From: a virus | Reading direction: 5' to 3' (one strand) | IMG/VR virus record: IMGVR_UViG_3300045988_042346 | DNA length: 13,501 nucleotides | Shown: positions 1 to 7,313 of the stretch, piece after piece | Layout of the letters: each line of letters begins with the position of its first letter | Position numbering within the stretch: position 1 is the first letter of the stretch | The notes under the pieces: generated by a model | Told to the model about the DNA's origin: nothing | What the model saw: only the letters and a program-made list of their open reading frames with translations | Database searches by the model: none | Translations under genes and position numbers: made by a program

Positions 1-48
1 CGAGATTGCCTCTTGTCTCGTGGGCTCGGAGATGTGTATAAGAGACAG
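1..48 (+). other. Illumina Nextera i7 adapter remnant (technical artefact, not biology)
   Basis: Reads CGAGAT-TGCCTCTT-GTCTCGTGGGCTCGG-AGATGTGTATAAGAGACAG. These are the 3' end of P7, an 8-nt i7 index (I recognise TGCCTCTT as the N711 oligo index), the Nextera read-2 primer site and the 19-bp Tn5 mosaic end. The exact reverse complement is at 13454..13501. Confidence 0.95.
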
Positions 49-154
49 TAATAGCAGATTGCACAAAATTTTCTTCCCCAACGGCACAAACTTTGTGCAA
101 AATGTCAATAGACACAAAATATAGTGCCCACGCCCCCCATAGGGTAGGGGAGTG
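49..154. repeat. Left inverted terminal repeat (106 bp) of a linear phage genome
   Basis: 49..154 is the exact reverse complement of 13348..13453 (compared base by base); identity breaks at 155/13347. It contains CACAAAAT motifs at 62..69 and 113..120, a 15-bp palindrome GCACAAA-C-TTTGTGC at 84..98, and a C/G-run segment at 126..154. Confidence 0.95.
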
Positions 155-175
155 GGCACAAAATATGGTTATACG

Positions 176-2392
176 TTATACAGGGGCTGTACTAATTTTT
201 TGCAGGTCAGCTTCCTCGTTGCTAAGCTCTGTACCTGCTACTGAGTTAAGACCCATGATATTATTATTGCAGGCTCCTTCAAATCTTATTCCCGCCAAGT
301 AGAAATAGTCGGCCGCTTCCGGGATAATGGAGTTATTAGTGACACGATTCTGGCTACTAGTTCCTGTGATTTTAATTGCATAGTCGTTAGCCCATTTTTT
401 ATTGCGATTAAAAACATTATCGCTAATAACTCCCGCGTAACCGTCCAGAACGCTAATAGGGTGATCCATGTTGATAAACTGATTTGTTGTTAAAATAACA
501 CCTTGGCTACTTGTAACAACAATTCCTTTAGATTCTCTGTCACCTAAAAATACGCTGTTAGATACGGTTGCGCTCGAATTTACAAATTCTATGCACACGT
601 TCCGAGCATTAAAATATCCGTTGTCGATCGTGACCTGACTGCGCCCTAGATTAGTGCAATAAATGCAGCGCTCACACTGATCTGCTGTGTATCCGCGAAT
701 AAAAATGTTCCAAGCTGCTAGAGCTGTGCCTGTACTATTGATTTGAATACCAAAATGCGGGTGAGAACATTCGCAGTTGTCTATATAAATATCGCGAATA
801 TCGTTGCTATTGTAAATGATGAATTGCGAGCTGTCGCAGGTTAGATTTAACATACTGCTGTTGCAATTAAAAAAGCGAATAGATGCGTTGCCGCTTATAG
901 CGGTAGGGCCGTCGCTTGTTTCATCTAGCACGAACGAGCAGTAGCTATCACTTGGTGTACTTGTGTAGAAAGTATCGTGAAATACATTGCTCACTTGCAC
1001 ATTGATTGTATTTTTATAAAAGCCAACTCTGTGGCCACCTACACAATGTAGACTGTCGAAAAAAACTCGCTGAGCACCTACAACTTCGGTGAATTGTAAC
1101 ACCGTTTCGACTGTGGCGCACAATGTGGCATTCACCAACCATGTTCTTTCCAGGAATCCTTCGGACGCCGAAATGCACGCATTAGTAGTGTCAAATGCAA
1201 TAACTCCACCGCAAAAATCATATCTGGTATGCGATGCCATTAGGACTTTGTTTGTCAGATGATACGGCGTATCAGCCGATACGGTGTTGTCGGAGGCGCT
1301 CCAACTACCCGGAGACGGAAATTTGATTGTACCTGTAAATTCAGTTAGCGCTCCTCCTTTGAATACATCAGCCAGACCGGCGTCAATAAACCAGTCACCG
1401 AGTATAAACCCTCCAGTAACTTTATATTTGCCGCCTTTTGTACGTTTAAAATGCAAGCAGCAGGGGGCCACTGGTGCCGACATTGTAATGGTGACACCCT
1501 GTGCAATGATTATTGCGTCGCGAGTCATCAGCGGGGCCCCGATATCAATAGTCCCGGTAATTAGATATTCACCGTCCGGGAAGTATAGGTCTCTACCAGA
1601 TGCAATTGCTGTCTTTATAGCTTTGGTATCATCTGTGGCTCCGTCGCCTGTGGCTCCGTAGTTTTTAACGTTTGCGTAATCAAGGACTTTAGTAATATCT
1701 TGCTTTAGCTGATCGATACTATTTTGGAGGCCGTTGTCTGCGTTCTCTCTGGCCGTCTGCTCTGCGGCGATAGCCGTCTGAAGCTGGTTGTCGGCATCCT
1801 CCCGGGCCGTCTGCTCTGCGGCGATAGCCGTCTGAAGCTGGTCGTCTGCATTCTCCCGGGCCGTCTGCTCTGCGTTCAATCGCTCATTAAACGTAGTAAG
1901 CAGGTAGTGCAGCACTTCATTGGTAGAGCTGCTCACGCAGTTCGACCCCGTCACGTAGGCGTCACCGGCGTTCATTGCTCTTGTGATACGCACCAACGAC
2001 CCATCGACCCACACAAGATCGTTGGCAGCTCTGGCAGCTGTCGCGGTGGAGCTGTGGCCCTCATCGTTGGGGGTGATGGCCTTTTTGACATCGGCCCATA
2101 GTTCGTCAAAGTTACCAATTTTTGTCCAAAACTCGGGGCGGTCCAGAGACACACCGGCGGGGACAGGCCGCACGGACAGGTACGCGTTGCCGTTGTTGTC
2201 CACTACGACGGTGTTTGCCTCGTACTGGCTTGTAATGTTCCACTGAATGGGGTCCGCATACTTAATTGTGGCCAAGCTGACGAAGTCTGTCAGTTTTGTA
2301 TTAAACTCGTTCAGCACCTCAATAATCCAATCCAGATTGAGGTCATGGAAATTGGTGTAGGGTGCTTTGTGAATAGGATTGACGATACCCAT
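176..2392 (-). CDS. Tailspike / pre-neck-appendage-like receptor-binding protein with pectate-lyase-type beta-helix
   Basis: ORF track gives 176..2425. I prefer the ATG at 2392 (MGIVNPIH...) because AAGGAG lies upstream and overlaps the stop of the preceding gene, while the 2425 start lies inside that gene. The protein contains VKNYGATGDGATDDTKAIKTAI, the N-cap motif of Pectate_lyase_3-type tailspikes. About 450 aa of N/I/V/C-rich segments typical of parallel beta-helices follow (e.g. IRFFNCNSSMLNLTCDSSQFIIYNSNDIRDIYIDNC). Three 18-aa AEQTARE(N/D)AD(D/N)QLQTAIA repeats form a coiled-coil stalk. It is the last gene before the left ITR, the position of phi29 gp12. Confidence 0.8.
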   Translation of the reverse strand: MGIVNPIHKAPYTNFHDLNLDWIIEVLNEFNTKLTDFVSLATIKYADPIQWNITSQYEANTVVVDNNGNAYLSVRPVPAGVSLDRPEFWTKIGNFDELWADVKKAITPNDEGHSSTATAARAANDLVWVDGSLVRITRAMNAGDAYVTGSNCVSSSTNEVLHYLLTTFNERLNAEQTARENADDQLQTAIAAEQTAREDADNQLQTAIAAEQTARENADNGLQNSIDQLKQDITKVLDYANVKNYGATGDGATDDTKAIKTAIASGRDLYFPDGEYLITGTIDIGAPLMTRDAIIIAQGVTITMSAPVAPCCLHFKRTKGGKYKVTGGFILGDWFIDAGLADVFKGGALTEFTGTIKFPSPGSWSASDNTVSADTPYHLTNKVLMASHTRYDFCGGVIAFDTTNACISASEGFLERTWLVNATLCATVETVLQFTEVVGAQRVFFDSLHCVGGHRVGFYKNTINVQVSNVFHDTFYTSTPSDSYCSFVLDETSDGPTAISGNASIRFFNCNSSMLNLTCDSSQFIIYNSNDIRDIYIDNCECSHPHFGIQINSTGTALAAWNIFIRGYTADQCERCIYCTNLGRSQVTIDNGYFNARNVCIEFVNSSATVSNSVFLGDRESKGIVVTSSQGVILTTNQFINMDHPISVLDGYAGVISDNVFNRNKKWANDYAIKITGTSSQNRVTNNSIIPEAADYFYLAGIRFEGACNNNIMGLNSVAGTELSNEEADLQKISTAPV
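1729..1876. repeat. 54-bp in-frame tandem repeat (about 2.7 copies) inside the tailspike gene
   Basis: Units 1751..1804 and 1805..1858 differ at only a few positions (ggccgtctgctctgcggcgatagccgtctgaagctgg...). Partial copies flank them. They encode the AEQTAREnADnQLQTAIA heptad-like repeats. Confidence 0.9.
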
Positions 2393-2406
2393 TTTATTGC
2401 ATCTCC

Positions 2407-3096
2407 TTAATATACAAGCAAACAAAAATTTGCCCGGATGTCCGTAACGATTTTATGAACGGCGTTCTCCATTGCAAGGGTCAATTCTTTTGCAATAAGG
2501 TCTTGCGGGTCTCGCCCTGCCCGGCCCTTCTCGGTCACGGTGTCGTTGTATCCGTCGTGTAACTCCGAGACGTTGTCATCGGTTGTTGTCTGATCGGTGG
2601 TGGTCGTGTCCGTGCCGCTGCTGGTAATAGTGTTCCCAGTACCGAGGGCCGTTGTGCTCCTCTCCGCAGTTTGTAATGCCCCACTGTCGAACCCTGTGAC
2701 GTCCCGGGTGGTGCTGTCACTGCCGTTGTTCTGGCCTGTGGTGGTCAGGTTAGGCGCTCGGGTGGTCGTTCCCTTCACGCCGTTAGTGCGGTTGATTGTG
2801 CCGCCGCTGGTCCCTGCATGGTCGGTTGTTCTGGTTCGGTCATCCGATGTCAAAGCGTCGTATTTAAGGCCCAGGGCCTCAGCGTACCGGGTCCAGCTCG
2901 GGAGCATGGTTTCAGAATATATACCCAGCGCCCTTCGCATTGTGGGGCCATCTGCATATAGTACCTCTAATTCCAGCGTATCAAACAGTAATTGATTGCA
3001 AACGGTCTCTTTAGATACACTGTCGGGAACTTTCAAGTCATCGAACAGCTCCGGGTATCCTGCCAACAGGCCGTTAAAGCTCAATGTTGCGCGCAT
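2407..3096 (-). CDS. Putative lower collar / tail tube protein (phi29 gp11 position)
   Basis: 229-aa ORF with ATG at 3096 preceded by AGGAGGTGA at 6-nt spacing. It overlaps the connector gene by 23 nt. It lies immediately downstream of the connector as gp11 does in phi29. A central stretch of about 95 aa is Thr/Ser/Gly/Asn-rich (TTRAPNLTTTGQNNGSDSTT...TDTTTTDQTTTDD), compatible with extended beta-hairpins. The assignment is positional only. Confidence 0.5.
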   Translation of the reverse strand: MRATLSFNGLLAGYPELFDDLKVPDSVSKETVCNQLLFDTLELEVLYADGPTMRRALGIYSETMLPSWTRYAEALGLKYDALTSDDRTRTTDHAGTSGGTINRTNGVKGTTTRAPNLTTTGQNNGSDSTTRDVTGFDSGALQTAERSTTALGTGNTITSSGTDTTTTDQTTTDDNVSELHDGYNDTVTEKGRAGRDPQDLIAKELTLAMENAVHKIVTDIRANFCLLVY

Positions 3097-4015
3097 CGTT
3101 GTTCACCTCCTGCGCCCCAGTGTCGGGCGGAAAACGCCAGTCAACCCACAAAGTAGACTTGTCAATTCCAAAGAGCTTGTGTACTCGCTCACACCCACGC
3201 TGTAGGCTGTCCAACCATAGCGACGCTTTGGCGGCTGTTTCGACGTTGTTTGAATTGACTTCGTCGGTTAACATCCTCTCTTTTTTGCTGGTATTTGTGT
3301 TCGGAATGCCTACTTCAGTATCAAACAGCGCTTTAATGGTTTTAAGGGCGGTTAGCAGTTCGTTTGTGATGAAGTTCCCTTTGAGGTCTGCCGAAAAATA
3401 CATCCACGGGGCTTGTCCGGATGCCCCATTCTTGGGCGCCTTGAGCAAAGAGGCATCAACAAAAACGGCGGGGTCACCCTGCATAATCGCGTCAAACATC
3501 TTTTTAAAAGATTCTGCACCCGCTTTGTTGCCGGACGCAAACACGTAGGCAAGGCGGCTATTGATTAAATTGCTCTGGATGGTCTGGGCGGCAAGGGCCA
3601 TCATGTCCCCATAATATGCCACAATATCCACCATGCCCCGGTAATCGGGCTGCAAATTGATGATCTCGCATTGTTTTCCGATCTGTAAATATGGGGACCC
3701 TTTGATAAAAGGGTTGGCAATGATGGAGTGTGTGGGATTGTAGAAAATGTTAATGCCGGTAAGTCCCATTCGGTCATATACTAGGCCATAACGGTCAGTG
3801 TTGAACACCGTTACACCGCCGGAACCGAAAACAAGATACTGCAAGCGGTTACTGGGCCACGTGTCGGGGAGCGTCCATCGTACCATAGACACGGCCTCAA
3901 GAAATAGATACTTGCGGAAATAATAGGACAGGCTATTTCCTTTTGTGTGCATCACAGAGGGAGTCACCGGCGACACATGGGCGTTAATTTGCTCGTAGCT
4001 GTATGGAGCACTCAC
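3074..4015 (-). CDS. Head-tail connector / portal (phi29 gp10-like upper collar)
   Basis: 313 aa (phi29 gp10 is 309 aa). TSKKERMLTDEVNSNNVETAAKASLWLDSLQRGCERVHKLFGIDKS aligns with my recall of phi29 gp10, [45 protein letters not shown]. The N-terminal YFRKYLFLEAVSMVRWTLPDT aligns with [21 protein letters not shown]. GTG start at 4015 has GGGGAGG 9 nt upstream and a GTGA overlap with the M23 gene stop. Confidence 0.88.
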   Translation of the reverse strand: MSAPYSYEQINAHVSPVTPSVMHTKGNSLSYYFRKYLFLEAVSMVRWTLPDTWPSNRLQYLVFGSGGVTVFNTDRYGLVYDRMGLTGINIFYNPTHSIIANPFIKGSPYLQIGKQCEIINLQPDYRGMVDIVAYYGDMMALAAQTIQSNLINSRLAYVFASGNKAGAESFKKMFDAIMQGDPAVFVDASLLKAPKNGASGQAPWMYFSADLKGNFITNELLTALKTIKALFDTEVGIPNTNTSKKERMLTDEVNSNNVETAAKASLWLDSLQRGCERVHKLFGIDKSTLWVDWRFPPDTGAQEVNNDARNIEL

Positions 4016-4575
4016 AACAGACGACCTCCCCTCGCCATCTTAAACAGCAACCATACCGGCAATTTGCCAGTAGGCCACGGCCCGGGACCCGGACCAGGGC
4101 CCGGACCAGGGCCCGGACCAGGGCCCCCGCCCGAGTCCCACTCTACGTCCCATGTCCCCACCTGATTCGGGATCCTGATAATGCTGGACGGGTCCCTCAG
4201 GTTTCCGGCGGCATCGGCATATTCCCAGTGTGTGTGAATGCCCGTCGCGTTGCCGGTTTCGCCCTGCGTGCCGATGAACTGCCCCTTGGAGATTGTGTCG
4301 CCCACGTTCCAAATTTGCGAGGCAAAGTGTGCGGCTCGCCATGTCGTGCCGTCGGCCATCCGTACTTTAATCATGTTGCCCCACGACTGATTGCCCGAGG
4401 TGCTGCCATTCCAGTGCTGAGCCACGACCACGGTGCCCGCTTCGGGCGCATATGCTTTATGGTCTCCATGCACCGTGTCAATGCCCCGGTGAGGGCTGCC
4501 GTCAGCGTATGCCGGATAACCGGCGGTTACTCTGATCGGTGATACATCAGTAATGCACTGTTTATATACTGCCAT
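4012..4575 (-). CDS. M23 family zinc metallopeptidase (peptidoglycan endopeptidase; probably tail-associated lysin, phi29 gp13 C-domain-like)
   Basis: HxxxD motif (PHRGID) and HxH motif (GIHTHWEY) in the spacing typical of M23/LytM domains. ATG at 4575 with AGGAGG 8 nt upstream. C-terminus is GGG(PG)8PWP followed by a 21-aa tail, TGKLPVWLLFKMARGGRLL. Confidence 0.85.
   Translation of the reverse strand: MAVYKQCITDVSPIRVTAGYPAYADGSPHRGIDTVHGDHKAYAPEAGTVVVAQHWNGSTSGNQSWGNMIKVRMADGTTWRAAHFASQIWNVGDTISKGQFIGTQGETGNATGIHTHWEYADAAGNLRDPSSIIRIPNQVGTWDVEWDSGGGPGPGPGPGPGPGPGPWPTGKLPVWLLFKMARGGRLL
4077..4131. repeat. GC-rich 12-nt tandem repeat encoding a (Gly-Pro)n linker
   Basis: gggcccggacca-type units repeated about 4 times on the plus strand, translating on the minus strand to GGGPGPGPGPGPGPGPGPWP within the M23 gene. 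Confidence 0.9.
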
Positions 4576-4587
4576 AGTTTACGCCTC

Positions 4588-5991
4588 CTACTCTAAAAAG
4601 AATCCATTTTTCATATAGCTTTTAACGCTGTCAATCTCGGCGGCAGTCGCGGTTAATGCAATGTCGGGATCATCTACCATAATGAACCCCGGGATACTGA
4701 ACAGCTGGACGCGCTGGCAAAGGGGCCTTCCGTGGTCCTCGTTGTTGTCGTCCACAAGAATTTTAAAACGGGCAACTATATAAGGGATTGTATCAAAAGC
4801 TATTGTGGACCCCGTTGCGCCCTTGCTCGCTACATCTGCATTAGTTGCCTGTGCAGCATTTAAAATACCATTTCCAACGTCAGAAATAGAACCACCGGAT
4901 AACGCGGCCTGTAGACCTCCAAACGCAGCAGCAATACCGGTTTGAAGCAGTCCGTTGTTACCTGATGGGATGTCAAAAGTAATATTAGATAGTTGAATAG
5001 AAACCCCGAGTTTTGCTGTTGTTTCGTGTACTAACTGATTTGCGTTGGTGAATATACGTAAAATACTGTCGCCGGTAAAAAGGTCAACCATATATTGTAT
5101 AGATAAGGTGACAGCGCCCCACAGTTTAGATGCGTCAAGAGGTATCACTCCAAAGGGCTGCAAGAAGATAGTGTAGTCCGTGTAGGGGGAGGCATTACAA
5201 TACCCTCCGCGGCTTGCCGCTTGAGGGTGCTTCGGGATACTCACGCTCACCGATTTTGTTAATTTGTTATTGTCTTCTCCCAAAATCCAACATGGAACGT
5301 CTATCGACCACCACCCCACATCGACACTAGAAACAAGCGGCAAATGCGCGGTGATTTCTGCAATGTTAAATGGATAATAGTTGCAACTGACGATATATTG
5401 ATATGGATTAAAAAGGACCTTTGTTAAATTGTCGCTAATTTCTGAATTGTCAATACTAAGGTAGGACACATCAGTCAGCAATTTTGCAGATAGTTTTTTG
5501 GCATTTGTAGGGGTCATTACTACATATGTAATAGCCCCAATGGAGTTGGCCGCTTTGGCGATAAACCCGATAACAAAAAATCCGCCGCTAATTGTTTCAG
5601 CGAAACCACCTTGAAAAGCGGTTGTTACCGTCTGCACTTTAGCCGACGCCGGGTAGAGTCCATCTGAAATTGTACCATCATACTGCGCCGACGATCTTGT
5701 GACATACTCCGTACTATTGCCGATCTGTTCCCGGTAGCTGGCAAGAGTGTCAACAGTCAGCGACGCATTCCAAAGCCCGTCCGAATATGTCCAGTTCTTC
5801 ACCCAGTAATACCGGCTGAACGTGGGAAGGTAACAATAATTGTACCCGGTGGGGTCACTCTGTGTTGCAATCTTGATCTCGGGGTCAATGATATTACAGG
5901 GGGCTTTAAGGTCAATTCCGAACCCCTGCCCACCGCTGGGCCGCTTTGTGCTGTTGGTGCGCTTTGCGAATTGGTAAAATGTTGCTTGCAT
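4588..5991 (-). CDS. Putative tail knob / distal tube protein (phi29 gp9-like)
   Basis: ORF track start 6021 lies inside the terminator hairpin. I prefer the ATG at 5991 (MQATFYQFAKRTNSTKRP) with AGGAGG just upstream. The gene sits between MCP and connector as gp9 does. NYCYLPTFSRYYWVKNWTYSDGLWNASLTVDTLASY resembles the gp9 N-terminal pattern as I recall it ([42 protein letters not shown]). A Gly/Ala-rich hydrophobic loop is present (GLLQTGIAAAFGGLQAALSGGSISDVGNGILNAAQA). Confidence 0.6.
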   Translation of the reverse strand: MQATFYQFAKRTNSTKRPSGGQGFGIDLKAPCNIIDPEIKIATQSDPTGYNYCYLPTFSRYYWVKNWTYSDGLWNASLTVDTLASYREQIGNSTEYVTRSSAQYDGTISDGLYPASAKVQTVTTAFQGGFAETISGGFFVIGFIAKAANSIGAITYVVMTPTNAKKLSAKLLTDVSYLSIDNSEISDNLTKVLFNPYQYIVSCNYYPFNIAEITAHLPLVSSVDVGWWSIDVPCWILGEDNNKLTKSVSVSIPKHPQAASRGGYCNASPYTDYTIFLQPFGVIPLDASKLWGAVTLSIQYMVDLFTGDSILRIFTNANQLVHETTAKLGVSIQLSNITFDIPSGNNGLLQTGIAAAFGGLQAALSGGSISDVGNGILNAAQATNADVASKGATGSTIAFDTIPYIVARFKILVDDNNEDHGRPLCQRVQLFSIPGFIMVDDPDIALTATAAEIDSVKSYMKNGFFLE

Positions 5992-6000
5992 AACGCCTCC

Positions 6001-6031
6001 TATAAAATAACCGGCGGGCAATGCCCGCCGG
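6001..6031 (-). terminator. Rho-independent terminator/attenuator directly after the major capsid gene
   Basis: Minus strand reads CCGGCGGGC-AUU-GCCCGCCGG (9-bp all-GC-rich stem, 6011..6031) followed by UUAUUUUAUA. It starts 7 nt after the MCP stop codon and is immediately followed by the tail-knob RBS. Confidence 0.7.
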
Positions 6032-6037
6032 AGCCGG

Positions 6038-7312
6038 TCAGGACTTTGAGGGGTCCTCGTCCTTGTGCGTGGTGGTTTTCAGGGTGGAGGCTCTCGCCGC
6101 CTGGGATGCGCTCGGCGCGGTGACGTCTCCTTTGGTCATCAGGAACAAAACGGCATTCTCGGTGAAGTCATCGTACCACGACCAACCGTAGTGGTACCAG
6201 AAGTTCGTGTACAGGCCGCGGGCGTTCATGGGGGTAGGGACCACACGAGACAGCTTCGGAGTGTAGCCGATGGCATCCCAGTCCAGCAGACACCCGAATA
6301 CATTAGATAGCTGAACCGCTGCATTCTTGGATGCCACACCGGCGGCAGTGGTCACAACAGGCGTCGCGGAAATGGTCTCGCGCTTGTCGATGTTCTGCCA
6401 GAACGTGACCTGTTCTGCGTCGCGGTATTTCAGCATATTATCATGGAACACCTCGGGAATCACGCGGGCGTCGATCTGGCTTTGCGTGCCGCTGTACAGA
6501 TAGAGGTGCTGACGATCATACGGAGTGTGGCGCATGATGTTGTACGTCGTGCTGCCGATCTTCCAGTTTTGATGCCAGTTGATGGACCGCTCTTTCATCA
6601 GGCGCGAAATATCGTTGATACGGCCATAGGCGTATTTTGCGAAACCAGGGAAGTTCGCTTCTTTGTAGACGTCCTGCACCGTCAGTTTGGTGCCCTGCTG
6701 GGTGTTATACTCATCAAGCAGATATACGACGCTGTCGGGGCTGGTCACAGTCATGCCGGTCAGATGGTTGGCCATCAGGTTGTTGGCAAGGTTGCGCCGG
6801 TCTGCCTCGATCTGGTTCGACAGATGCAGCACGAACGAAGACCAGAACTGTGCCAGTTCCTCGGGCCCCTTGAATGCTGCCTCCATCTGGGTGTCTGCCT
6901 GGGTATACACGCGGCTGTAATTGGTCTGGCCGTAGTAGTTCGTCTGGAGGACTTTGGGCTTGTGGACTTCGTACATGTCCACGCTCTGGCCGTCCACCAG
7001 CGACCACGCCTTGTCGGTGACGGGGTCAGTGTCGCAAAAATTGATCTTCCGTACATGGTTCGACCAGTCGTCGCCCGTGACCTGCAAGCGTTTCAGGGGT
7101 GCGTCGTAGGGGCGGACGGCAAAAATGGTACGTCCCAGCACCTGGCTAATCGCTTTAGTGTAGTTGTCGGTGCCGGTCAGCAACGTGGCCTGCGCCACGG
7201 AAACGAAGCTAGACGTGTCCACGATGGGGGACGTCGGGGTCTGACCGGTTGCCAGTTTGTTGATCTCGGTCAAAATTGCGGCAATATCCGCAAAATCCAT
7301 ACCAAGAGGCAT
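6038..7312 (-). CDS. Major capsid protein (phi29 gp8-like, HK97-fold family)
   Basis: 424 aa. NARGLYTNFWYHYGWSWYDDFTENAVLFL aligns with recalled phi29 gp8 [29 protein letters not shown]. It follows a small helical scaffold-like gene as in phi29 genes 7-8. ATG at 7312 lies 1 nt after the upstream stop. Confidence 0.88.
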   Translation of the reverse strand: MPLGMDFADIAAILTEINKLATGQTPTSPIVDTSSFVSVAQATLLTGTDNYTKAISQVLGRTIFAVRPYDAPLKRLQVTGDDWSNHVRKINFCDTDPVTDKAWSLVDGQSVDMYEVHKPKVLQTNYYGQTNYSRVYTQADTQMEAAFKGPEELAQFWSSFVLHLSNQIEADRRNLANNLMANHLTGMTVTSPDSVVYLLDEYNTQQGTKLTVQDVYKEANFPGFAKYAYGRINDISRLMKERSINWHQNWKIGSTTYNIMRHTPYDRQHLYLYSGTQSQIDARVIPEVFHDNMLKYRDAEQVTFWQNIDKRETISATPVVTTAAGVASKNAAVQLSNVFGCLLDWDAIGYTPKLSRVVPTPMNARGLYTNFWYHYGWSWYDDFTENAVLFLMTKGDVTAPSASQAARASTLKTTTHKDEDPSKS

Positions 7313-7313
7313 A

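Noticed and set aside
141-157. G-runs (GGGTAGGGGAGTGGG) as a possible G-quadruplex at the ITR edge
   Set aside because: There are only three G-tracts, so a canonical four-tract intramolecular quadruplex cannot form. Pairing with the adjacent C-run explains the sequence better.
93-302. 69-aa plus-strand ORF starting inside the left ITR
   Set aside because: It starts within the ITR and runs antisense into the tailspike 3' end. It has no RBS. I also found no convincing inward-facing promoter in the ITR; the TTGTGC and TATAGT spacings are 21 or 11 nt.
1284-2246. Several 87 to 125-aa plus-strand ORFs (1284..1661, 1724..2101, 1983..2246) and the minus-strand alternate-frame ORF 1972..2154
   Set aside because: All are nested within or antisense to the 738-aa tailspike gene. 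They have repeat-derived or low-complexity sequences and no translation signals.
2393-2425. Longer N-terminal extensions offered by the ORF track (tailspike at 2425, knob at 6021, 91-aa gene at 13165)
   Set aside because: Each extension starts inside the preceding gene or inside a terminator hairpin and lacks an RBS. Internal ATGs at 2392, 5991 and 13096 have GGAG-type sites at proper spacing.
4077-4131. Short GC-rich direct repeats here and at 7516..7598 as possible CRISPR arrays
   Set aside because: The units are contiguous 12-mers with no spacers, lie in frame inside coding sequences, and translate to Pro-rich linkers.
3947-4542. Plus-strand ORFs 3947..4165 (GPGPGPGP) and 4003..4542 (RTRARTRARTRA)
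   Set aside because: These are mirror or alternate-frame readings of the 12-nt tandem repeat inside the M23 gene. The low-complexity peptides come from the repeat and are not independent genes.
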